Assembly (NCBI RefSeq): GCF_964355755.1
Contig: NC_092672.1
Coordinates: 22,643,237-22,707,236 of the forward strand
Reading direction: 5' to 3'
Length of the DNA: 64,000 nucleotides
Source: Antedon mediterranea
Taxonomy: Eukaryota > Animalia > Echinodermata
The position numbers and the translations under genes are program-made. Shown one piece after another: positions 56,501-64,000 of this stretch (position 1 is its first letter; every line of letters starts with the position of its first letter). The notes under the pieces were generated by a model that worked only from the letters and a program-made list of their open reading frames with translations, did no database searches and had not been told where the DNA came from.

Positions 56501-59500
56501 TCAAAGTTTCTATGCTTTTAAAAACCAACGTAACAGTGTAAGAAATAAAATAATATATACATGATTTTATTAACATTTTTTAATTTAAAAGCTTTAGACA
56601 TGTATCAGGATGCTGTCACTGATGTCACAGTTAAACAAATGTTGAAAAGTCCACGCCATAGAAAAGGATACACACCAAGAGCAGGACCATCAAAGCAGGA
56701 AACAAAATCTGGTAAAAGATTTTAATTAAATTCAATTCAGTAATCTGCTGTAAAATAAATTTAAAAGTATAAATATAAAAGGCACAAAATACCAGTCAAT
56801 ATAAAATTGGTACAAAAGAATTAAATTTAATATAGAAGTGGATAAAAAAGAGGTTTATACAGCATTTTGCAGTGATTACTGCTGTCACATTTGAATTCAA
56901 ATAAAGAATACAAAAGATACACAAATGATGATGGCAAATTGGATCAAGTTGGAATCGGCAACAAATGATTCATTACACTAAACTTTGTTCTTGCCTAGTT
57001 AATTTGATTATAAAGCATAATGATGAATGCTAATACATTATGCTATTTATAACAAGATAGCATCTTTAATTATATCATCACATTTTTCAGATAGTAGACC
57101 TGAGAAAGAGAAAAACCCCACAGGAGCATCAACATCAAAACAGGAAGCCAAATTTGCTGAAACATCAACAAGTTCAAATCCAATGCCAAGTCCACAACAA
57201 GAGGGTAAATATTTATTTTGAAATATGTTTGATTGTGCTGTTCATACATTTTAATGATATCAGAAATAAAGACTAAAGTGCTAAATATTGAAATGATTAA
57301 AGGAGCGGAAATTTAATCATAATCATCAGTGTCTGCTAATGAACATATATTATCTTGCAAGTTACTTTGACAGTTAATACTAATATTTGTATATTGTATG
57401 ACACTGCTGTGTAATCTATTCAACTTGCAGTACAATGTGGTTAAATAAACTCATCACTAAACCATTGATTGGAAAGGATAAGGTTTAGAATACTTAAATA
57501 TTGCATTGGAAATACTTTTTCTTTAAATAAAAAAGTTATAGTTGGTAATCACAATTGAGGAGACCTAATGCAAGTTGTTGTATGTGTTATATATTTTATC
57601 ACAACAGAACCAGTGTATGAAGAAAAACCAGAAATTCCTAAAGGGTTCTTGAAGAAATTTGTAAGCAAACTTCGCTCTGCAAGAGAAGGTGGTGACTCTA
57701 AAGTGGATAGCAACAAGTTTGTTATGCATATCTGGGACTTTGGTGGTCAACCAATTTACCATGTGATACAACGGGTAAATTTTATTGGTGTATTTAATTT
57801 TTATTAATACAGATTAGACATGCCTTCTTCTGAGGTTGTGTTAGTTTCAGTGTATACTTTGTCTTTTGGCCTTGTTACAATATCAGCACTGAAATCAAAA
57901 AGCTTGCTCACTTGATTTGAAGTTAAGAACCTATAATCTTGCTCCAAGGTATTACAAAAATGTGGATCTAATAATAGTACAATATGTCAATATCAGATAT
58001 AAAATACAATTATTATTATTATTACAATATTATAAATTATTTTATTCTTCATTTAATTGAATACAGTCAACTCAGTCTCTAGTCTCTAATTACCAGAAAC
58101 CAAAACCAGACTTGAGGTCAAAAAAGATAAAATACATTTGGAATATCAGAATTTCTGTCAATGCCAGCCAAAGGGTGTCCAGTTTTGAGAGACTTTAAGT
58201 ATAATAGTATTCATTGATGTCTACCATAATGTAATTTTAGCCTAGATGGTCAACTAAAAAGGGAGAGAGAGAGAGAGAGGAAGAATGGATTAAAACATTC
58301 ATTATTTTTTAAAGCAATGATTAAGATTATAAATGTTTCCAAGGTGAACATGCACTTTGTGAGGAAAACAAAAGTATCAAATAATCAGTTGTGCCAGTAT
58401 CTGACACATGTGTATAAACAGTTTGTAATATTGACTATTATGATTATGTTTACTAGATATTCATGGTATCTTATGCTGTTGTATGTGTGGTATTCAACCT
58501 GAATGAAGGTCTTAATGCCCCAGCTAAAGTTTGTGATCCAACAACTGTAAGTAAATTTTACAAATTTCAAATGTTTATGTAATTGTACATAAATAAAATA
58601 TTTCCTTCATGTTATCCTTTACCTTAAAACAAACTGTGCAAATAGCAGATGCCTGATATATGATTGTTGTTATTTCCACTTCCATGATAGTGTTGTTTTT
58701 CTATATAAATTTGTGCTGTTAATAATAATAGACAATTTGCCACAATGTTTCAAACTAGAACTTCAAGAATTTAAAATGTAAATTTTGTAAATTTTTTTTT
58801 TTTAGGGAAAAGTGTATGAACATCGAATGACAAATCTTGACTTCATTCTGTTTTGGATTCGTTCTGTTTTTGTAAACGTAAGAAAAGGACAAAATAACAA
58901 GATAATGCTGATTGGTACACATTATGAGAGCCTTGGTGAAACTGAACAAGAAAGACAACAAAGGGTACATATGCCGTCGCATTTCCTTTTAAACAGTATA
59001 AAATTGTATATTGTCATAATTCATTGGAAACAATATGTAGTTTCATCACTAACATTGGCAATCATGTATGATAACGTCATGTCATGAGCATACTACTGTA
59101 CTGTGCTGGCTTATGATTAACTAATTAACTTAACTTAATTTTATCTTTTATTTGGATATAATAAAACAAATAAAAGGGTATACAAATATCTATGATTTAG
59201 CAGACATTTTGATTTTTGTTTTCATATATTGGTATAATTATACAATGTACACTGGGTACGTAAATGTGTAACATAACTTAAATGAAACACTTTTTGCACT
59301 TTACAAAAGGGGTTTTGGTTGGCTAGGCACGCTCTAAATCTTCCCCTGGTATAATTCCAATTTGATATTTTAGGTAAAGGAAATAGAGAATATACTTTGG
59401 AAAGCCCTGGAAGGAAAACCATTTGAGGACATGGTGTATCAAGGAGAGGTATTTACAATAGAAAACAGTGTCTCATTTGAAAAGAGCGGTGCTTCTAAAA

Positions 59501-61320
59501 TCATTCTCCAACTACAAGAATTAGTCCAGATGATGATTCTTACTTTTCCAATCAAATGGCTGCAAGTAATGCAAGAAATAAAACAGCTAAGAAAAGACAA
59601 ACTGTATCTACCAACGTCTGAGGTTAGAAATATATTTTTCTTTCTTTCAGCTTGATCTCAATTATATATCTTTACAGTTTAGTGTAGGTAAAAATTGTTT
59701 GAAAACAATAACCAGTTACATTCGTTTAGACTAAATACATTAAACTCTGTTTTTCTGTCAATTTTAGTTGAGGATAATACATAGTTGATTGTTTAAAACA
59801 ACTATCATTGTAACCATCATGGTCACCTGCATTTAAAAGTGTATAGGAAACAAGTTGGTTTACTGTACAACTATCATTGTAACCAACATGGTCACCTGCA
59901 TTTAAAAGTGTATAGGAAACAAGTTGGTTTACTGTACAACTATCATTATAACCAACATGGTCACCTGCATTTAAAAGTGTATAGGATACAAGTTGGTTTA
60001 CTGTACAACTATCATTGTAACCAACATGGTCACCTGCATTTAAAAGTGTATAGGATACAAGTTGGTTTACTGTACAACTATCATTGTAACCAACATGGTC
60101 ACCTGCATTTAAAAGTGTATAGGATACAAGTTGGTTTACTGTACAACTATCATTGTAACCAACATGGTCACCTGCATTTAAAAGTGTATAGGAAACAAGT
60201 TGGTTTACTGTACAACTATCATTATAACCAACATGGTCACCTGCATTTAAAAGTGTATAGGATACAAGTTGGTTTACTGTACAACTATCATTGTAACCAA
60301 CATGGTCACCTGCATTTAAAAGTGTATAGGAAACAAGTTGGTTTATTGTTTGTAAACATTTTCCCCATGAAGGTATAATGTTAAACTTGCCTTTTTTTGT
60401 CAGTGTTAATTGACTGTTTATGACGAATGTCATCGGTAAGAGAACGGTGTAATTTTCGGGTTTTTTTTATTTTTATTTTATTTTTTTAAACATTTTATTT
60501 ATTGTACATCCAACAGTGTAAACACCAATTACAGGATGAAATATACATATATTATATATATATATATATATATAAATCCAAAGGAAAATTACTGAAAAAA
60601 ATGACAATGCTGTGGGTATCAGTGGCTGGATCTCAATGGAGATACGAAAAATAAAAGCGAAACGCTAAATCAAAACGATAAAGTAAAGAGCCAGAAAAAT
60701 TAGCAGAGCTTTCGGGCAACACTAGCCCTTCATCAGTGCAAGTGAAGGAATTTGGATAACGTAAAGTTATCCAAATTACCCTCCATAATTATATATATAT
60801 ATATATAAGAACTATATAACAATTAGAATCATATTTAAACATTAATAAAATAATTTAAAATTTAAAATTATTTAAAATTATCTAACCAACTTATGGTAGA
60901 CAACATACCAAAATGCCATTGTAACATTGTTCAGAAATACAAAATGATTTAATATGTTGCAAGTTTCATTTCTAACCCTTTCATGACTATGAAAAAAGAT
61001 GTCCTTCTAGTAACTTTTAGTATTATTTCCAATATGCTGTTTAACAAACACAGTAGCACAAATTACAATGTTGGTTAAACTCCCAACTTTTAGAATTTAA
61101 TATTATTTAATTGTTATGTTTTTTTGCCTTCTAGATAAATGATTTACTTGTCCGTTGTAAGATCACCAATAACAAAGTGCTTCTTGAGTACTTACATGAC
61201 ATCGGCGAGATTCTGTTCTACCCAGATGACAAGATCCTCAAAGAAAAAATTGTTATAGATTTGAAGGGAGTAGTTGACAAGTTTAAAACAATCATCACAG
61301 TTATTGATCCCAAGCTTCAG
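14406..61320 (+). CDS. Partial spliced gene: ankyrin-repeat / death-domain / Roc-COR (Roco family) protein; 15 exons, 2049 nt, 683 aa, 5' and 3' incomplete
   Basis: Exons 14406-14504, 51425-51523, 52446-52562, 53331-53424, 53878-53913, 54361-54609, 55111-55276, 55783-55886, 56592-56711, 57091-57204, 57608-57774, 58457-58546, 58806-58964, 59374-59622, 61135-61320 all have AG/GT boundaries and matching phases, and join without stops. Motifs: ankyrin G.TALH.AA, death fold, P-loop GLENVGKT, WDFGGQ, LIGTH, P.KWL, LEYLHDIGEILF. The link of the first exon across 36.9 kb is inferred. Confidence 0.88.
16738..18047 (+). mobile_element. HINE family B nested in the 5' spacer of a family A copy
   Basis: 5' palindrome TTATCCGCC-TCA-GGCGGATAA; 3' subTIR GGCGGATAACCA + hairpin AACTCGTC...GACGAGTT + CTAG; inserted at TT. 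Confidence 0.85.
17806..17877 (+). pseudogene. tRNA-like / SINE-head sequence inside HINE B
   Basis: A-box-like TGGCTCGATGTG, T-arm CGGGATCGAGTCCCG, ~72 nt; acceptor stem does not pair well. Confidence 0.55.
24351..25941 (-). mobile_element. Complete inverted family A HINE inserted in another copy
   Basis: Both termini present on the minus strand; it splits the host sequence CCATAATTAATTATCAC at an AA (TT) site without TSD. Confidence 0.92.
32868..34148 (+). mobile_element. 5'-truncated L1/Tx1-type LINE: ORF2 C-terminus, 3'UTR and poly(A)
   Basis: ORFs 32863-33525 and 33476-33973 (one frameshift) with EGGLKIPHIK and zf-RVT-like CRFC...ETLLHMFFEC..VKKIW; AATAAA + poly(A); 12-bp TSD AACATTAATGTT (32856-32867, 34149-34160). 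Confidence 0.92.
38450..39610. repeat. Minisatellite of 35/36-bp subunits with a 71-bp dimeric core
   Basis: TAAAAATCTACATTATTTGGCTATTATTGGGCTAT alternating with TAAAAATCTACATAAAAATGGCTATTATTTGTCTAC (period 71 at 38761/38832). Confidence 0.95.
40082..40898 (+). mobile_element. PIF/Harbinger non-autonomous element with Myb/SANT-like remnant
   Basis: TIR GG(C/G)CCTGTTTCTGCTGC, TTA TSD; empty site GTAACAATTTAGACTTA visible in the neighbouring repeat copy (39871-39887); ATACCGTAT subterminal repeats. Confidence 0.9.
40467..40688 (+). pseudogene. Myb/SANT (trihelix-like) DNA-binding protein fragment of Harbinger
   Basis: NKRNNHIYKDISKKIKQEYGIDLSPKQVNSKLKSLRKQYNIAKYNNSGRERINFPHYDVF; upstream MWSEDVTVLL segment is cut off by a stop. 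Confidence 0.7.
41714..42378. mobile_element. Degenerate long-TIR (foldback) MITE
   Basis: CGCACCTGCCTT/AAGGCAGGTGCG, TTTAAATTGATGATTTTACAGA/TCTGTAAAATCATCAATTTAAA and TTTTTGTTTCTATGGA/TCCATAGAAACAAAAA are nested inverted pairs. Confidence 0.7.
43285..45690. repeat. 164-bp satellite, about 14.5 highly similar copies
   Basis: GATGGAG anchor recurs every 164 nt (43384, 43548, 43712, 43876, 44040 ... 45680). Confidence 0.97.
46090..46330 (-). pseudogene. Degenerate LINE ORF1-like remnant
   Basis: Minus strand reads LVKNIFKTDLGLNNISIENAY*TGK then, after a shift, PRHIII; resembles the LG...IERAHR.G...PRPII motif of L1/CR1-type ORF1. Confidence 0.5.
47834..47904. repeat. Perfect 35-bp-arm palindrome with 1-nt spacer
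   Basis: AGGACATGACAATATCATAACTCAGGTTTCAATAG-G-CTATTGAAACCTGAGTTATGATATTGTCATGTCCT. Confidence 0.95.
48117..48222 (+). pseudogene. CR1/L2-type LINE ORF2 C-terminal fragment
   Basis: FLTNSEIHSYNTRASHALHLP matches the H.YNTR....LHLP tail of CR1-group RT proteins. Confidence 0.65.
48369..48471 (+). mobile_element. Minimal 103-bp HINE family C copy
   Basis: Same 5' hairpin, GTCK block, subTIR ACGCGACT and GGCTGTTGGCC end as 5269-6056; flanked by T-runs. Confidence 0.85.
51425..51523 (+). CDS. Ankyrin-repeat exon (99 nt, phase 0-0)
   Basis: tttttag|TTT...AAT|gtaagt; FGNSPLLVAALNGHTACCMTLVDAGCNVNQQNN. Confidence 0.93.
52446..52562 (+). CDS. Divergent ankyrin-repeat exon (117 nt, phase 0-0)
   Basis: acaag|AAT...AAG|gttagt; NGENALHITARANLIYEEHKNAFVFFIQEGRMDISKKNK. 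Confidence 0.88.
52735..52776 (-). ncRNA. Degenerate minimal hammerhead ribozyme motif (Penelope-type)
   Basis: Minus strand CTGAGGA-AGATC...GATT-GAAA-CGTC; helix I is poorly paired. Confidence 0.5.
53331..53424 (+). CDS. Terminal (capping) ankyrin-like exon, phase 0-1
   Basis: gtcag|AAT GGA AAG TCT GCA TTT GAT...AGT G|gtaagt; NGKSAFDIHIENVCDKYDGEQKKTEILAILS. Confidence 0.85.
53878..53913 (+). CDS. 36-nt linker micro-exon, phase 1-1
   Basis: tgtttag|GTGGA...TCAG|gtatga; (G)GPLPNIEMTSS. Symmetric, so not required to keep frame. Confidence 0.7.
54361..54609 (+). CDS. Death-domain exon (249 nt, phase 1-1)
   Basis: atttag|AT...GAA A|gtaagt; DITIKELLYITNNTYNKRLLIAANLGMTQEDINSFELPDISTLQRTYNMLNTWAVKVTKKSMRSELVAALRKAEEKDVADKIE shows the death-domain pattern LG....I, ML..W, L..AL......DVAD.I. 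Confidence 0.85.
55111..55276 (+). CDS. Roc domain start with P-loop (G1)
   Basis: ttttaag|AT...GA|gtaagc; VPEEILARGPDAVKAFQNALEEGQTEFNQGRTIFVGLENVGKTSTINSLLRKE. PEEILARG is the typical pre-Roc segment; not in the ORF track. Confidence 0.93.
55783..55886 (+). CDS. Roc switch-I (G2) exon
   Basis: tgtcag|G TTT...ATT T|gtaaga; EFNPLHIITDAMVKTTVCTPDASNKEMLKETTQDI, phase 2-1 fits the neighbours. Confidence 0.85.
55945..56210 (-). mobile_element. tRNA-derived SINE
   Basis: Minus strand begins with a tRNA-like head containing B-box GGTTCAAGTCC, followed by a ~170-nt body and an A-rich tail. Confidence 0.7.
56592..56711 (+). CDS. Roc insertion exon 1, phase 1-1 (alternative in-frame acceptor at 56598)
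   Basis: SLDMYQDAVTDVTVKQMLKSPRHRKGYTPRAGPSKQETKS; donor G|gtaaaa. Confidence 0.78.
57091..57204 (+). CDS. Roc insertion exon 2 (low complexity), phase 1-1
   Basis: tttcag|AT...GAG G|gtaaat; DSRPEKEKNPTGASTSKQEAKFAETSTSSNPMPSPQQE. Confidence 0.8.
57608..57774 (+). CDS. Roc G3 exon
   Basis: aacag|AA...CGG|gtaaat; ...KFVMHIWDFGGQPIYHVIQR matches the Roc WDFxGQ..Y signature. Confidence 0.93.
58457..58546 (+). CDS. Roc exon
   Basis: tactag|ATA...ACT|gtaagt; IFMVSYAVVCVVFNLNEGLNAPAKVCDPTT. Confidence 0.88.
58806..58964 (+). CDS. Roc G4 exon
   Basis: ttttag|GGA...AGG|gtacat; TNLDFILFWIRSV...KIMLIGTHYE. Confidence 0.9.
59374..59622 (+). CDS. Roc C-terminus / COR start exon
   Basis: ttttag|GTA...GAG|gttaga; VFTIENS...FPIKWLQVMQEIKQLRKDKLYLPTSE. 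Confidence 0.9.
59799..60349. repeat. Intronic 69-bp minisatellite, 8 copies
   Basis: CAACTATCATTGTAACCAACATGGTCACCTGCATTTAAAAGTGTATAGGAWACAAGTTGGTTTACTGTA. Confidence 0.97.
60573..60790 (-). mobile_element. Penelope-like pLTR remnant between (TA)n tracts
   Basis: Flanked by (TA)n on both sides and contains a minimal hammerhead motif. Confidence 0.6.
60703..60739 (-). ncRNA. Minimal type-I hammerhead ribozyme motif
   Basis: Minus strand GCA-CTGATGA-A-GGGC-TAGTGTT-GCCC-GAAAGCTC-TGC: intact core, helix II GGGC/GCCC, helix I GCA/TGC, palindromic AGCT in helix III. Confidence 0.75.
61135..61320 (+). CDS. COR-domain exon
   Basis: ttctag|ATA...CAG|gttagt; LLEYLHDIGEILFYPDDKILKEKIVIDLKGVVDKFKTII fits the COR L.YLH..G.IL.F motif. 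Confidence 0.92.
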
Positions 61321-61578
61321 GTTAGTACTATTATGCACTATACTTTTGTGAATAATCTGACCTAAACATTGTGATAATGTTTTTATGCGATGAATTTAGC
61401 TTCAAAATGTAATGTCTACCACAAAGAGAACTTTTTGTCCTGGAGCCTAATATATATACTGTCACCATAATGAAAGTTAATGAATTTTAAAATAGAATCA
61501 AATTTATTCAAATTTACACCTTGTTTAATTTTACTACTGTATATTCTAATACATAAAAGCAAATATGCTTGTGCATTA

Positions 61579-62403
61579 CAGTAGAACTCCTATTAAAGAG
61601 GACACCATATATGTGGACCCAACAAAGTGTGATCCCTTTAATAGAGCTTAGTCGTAGAACCCCTATTAAAGAGGACATCACATAATGTGGACCCAACAAA
61701 GTGTGATCCCTTTAATAGAGGTTAGTTGTAGAACCCCTATTAAAGAGGACATCACATAATGTGGACCGAACAAAGTGGGATCCCTTTAATAGAGGTTAGT
61801 TGTAGAACCCCTATTAAAGAGGACATCACATAATGTGGACCCAACAAAGTGTGATCCCTTTAATAGAGGTTAGTTGTAGAACCCCTATTAAAGAGGACAT
61901 CACATAATGTGGACCCAACAAAGTGTGATCCCTTTAATAGAGGTTAGTTGTAGAACCCCTATTAAAGAGGACATCACATAATGTGGACCCAACAAAGTGT
62001 GATCCCTTTAATAGAGCTTAGTTGTAGAACCCCTATTAAAGAGGACACCACATAATGTGGACCGAACAAAGTGTGATCCCTTTAATAGAGGTTAGTTGTA
62101 GAACCCCTGTTAAAGAGGACACCACATAATGTGGACCCAACAAAGTGTGATCCCTTTAATAGAGGTTAGTTGTAGAACCCCTATTAAAGAGGACACCACA
62201 TAATGTGGACCCAACAAAGTGTGATCCCTTTAATAGAGGTTAGTTGTAGAACCCCTGTTAAAGAGGACACCACATAATGTGGACCCAACAAAGTGTGATC
62301 CCTTTAATAGAGGTCAGTTGTAGAACCCCTATTAAAGAAAACACCACATAATGTGGACCCAACAAAGTGTGATCCCTTTAATAGAGTATCAATTTATATA
62401 CTG
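61579..62403. repeat. 74-bp tandem repeat (about 11 copies) inside pogo/Tigger-like MITE ends
   Basis: TA|CAGTAGAACTCC at left, TATACTG at right; unit GTAGAACCCCTATTAAAGAGGAC...GATCCCTTTAATAGAGGTTAGTT. Confidence 0.9.
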
Positions 62404-62482
62404 TTTTACTGAAAAAGGAAGATGGAATCATATATTAATCAATTTATTAATTAATGATTATCCAAATTATGTTCTCTACAAG

Positions 62483-63340
62483 CAATAGAGAGAAATGGCG
62501 AACCGCGATGACGTCACTCAAATTTCACCGAGTGGGTATAGATTGTAAACAAACCATTTCGCCACATGTTTTTGTATGGGAAATTCCGATGGGTTGAGTT
62601 AAAAGGGAGGTAGAAAAGAACGTTTAAAACACACATAATAGCAGTATCTTTTTTTTTTTGCAACACCCTTATCAATTTTAATGTTATATGGGCAAATCTT
62701 AACATATTTTATTTTAATTTGGATTGAATTAAGACGCGTTTTTGTTATATACTGTACCCAGCTCTAGGCCCTAGATAGTTGGCATGTATGCTGTAGTACC
62801 TCGAGCCTAGCACGGATTATCGGTTATTATAAAAATAATAATATTGGAAATTCGTTATTGCGTACTGTACTCACTACTACTAATTTAGCTAGGGTGCTGC
62901 TAGGCGTCTCCTAGCTAGGTAGTAAGACTAAATAGAGCCTCTCTAGTAGATGTAGGACTAGCATTAGTTTCAGCTTGACAACTGCCATTTTGTTATGTGG
63001 CTAGTGATGCTTCCTGCAGGGGGGCTACCGCCAGTAATGATGCTTGATAACACCATTCTACTATAATACTATAGGCCAAGTCTAATGTAGACCTACAGAT
63101 ATGAGATATTTTTAGGAATATGATTGTGAATGATGGATGACTTTTATACATATTTCATTGATTTATTGTGTAAATACACAAATACAACAAGAATTATGAG
63201 CGTTACAGCAACAACATTGGTTAGACAACGCCATGATTCACGTGTATAAACATAGGAAATGTGTCGCCCTCAACGGTTTGTTATGATTTTATACCCACTC
63301 GGATTTTAGACGTGCGTCGGTTCGCCATTTCTCTCTATTG
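62483..63340. mobile_element. Non-autonomous TIR element, 858 bp, 3-bp TSD, superfamily uncertain
   Basis: Perfect 23-bp TIR CAATAGAGAGAAATGGCGAACCG, further inverted match CCGAGTGGGTATA/TATACCCACTCGG; AAG on both flanks. Confidence 0.85.
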
Positions 63341-64000
63341 AAGATGAGTATCATTTCACTTTAGTTTGTCCCTTTTATTCAGATATTAGAACTAAATATA
63401 TTTTCATTTTATACAAATAACCCCTCTAAATTAAAATATATTTATCTTATGTCTACTACAAATATCTCATTACTAAGCTTGGAAAATATATATATTTTTT
63501 TCATTTTAACGTAGAACAGAATTCTTAAACGCACTCTAATGTTATTGATTGAATTGTTACATTGTATATTATTTGGGCCAAAAGCCATATAAATAACTAT
63601 TTTTTTGGATCATTCCAAGAAAGAAAGTATACATAAATATATTTACCCTTCAAATTGTACTGCTGTACTTTTTTGGTTGGTTTATAGCCTTGTTGGTTGT
63701 ATTCAAGTAAACTGGAAATCACCTGCAATTGTTTATGAACAAAATTGAAGGAAAATTAAGAAATATAGGATATTTAGTTTAAGGAAACGGAGACAGACTA
63801 AAACAGCATGGATTAGTTTGCTTTATTATTAGATTAGTAGGCTAGCCTAGGCTTAGGATATGTTAAAATAGCAGCCATGCATGTCATCACGACACTAGCT
63901 AGAGTAGTGATAATACAACATGCAGAACAGTAGTACTACTGTAGCTAGTTTGGGCCTACAACTACTAGAGGCCTAGGGCTAGACTTTAGAGGCCTAGGGC

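Noticed and set aside
59726-60433. 235-aa (-) and 179-aa (+) repetitive ORFs
   Set aside because: Products of a 69-bp (multiple of 3) intronic minisatellite; the gene's exons join in frame around it.
14406-61320. Naming the gene DAPK1, LRRK1/2 or MFHAS1
   Set aside because: No kinase or LRR is visible and the death-domain position differs; orthology cannot be shown.
61579-62403. CRISPR-like look of hairpin-containing tandem repeats (also 43285-45690)
   Set aside because: No unique spacers, no cas genes, eukaryotic intron context.
63688-63740. Candidate next COR exon after tttatag
   Set aside because: The required phase-0 frame hits TGA after 16 codons with no COR motif; the next exon is probably beyond the window.

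Overview
AT-rich, repeat-dense animal (invertebrate-like) genomic DNA, not prokaryotic. Almost all ORF-track entries are repeat artefacts or intron read-through. The window lies inside one large + strand gene. Fifteen GT-AG exons (14406-61320) join in frame to 683 aa with the order ankyrin repeats - death domain - Roc GTPase - COR (a Roco-family protein); its start and end lie outside the window or were not found. The two best ankyrin repeats are each a single 99-nt phase-0 exon, separated by a 36.9-kb intron. That intron holds a ~17-kb nested/tandem array of Helentron-type (HINE/DINE-1-like) elements, a 5'-truncated L1/Tx1 LINE, and a 7.8-kb CCC...GGG element carrying two satellites and a nested Harbinger. 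Kolobok-, Ginger-, hAT- and pogo-like non-autonomous elements, a tRNA-derived SINE, Penelope-type minimal hammerhead motifs and minisatellites fill the rest. All calls come from manual reading; no database searches were run.
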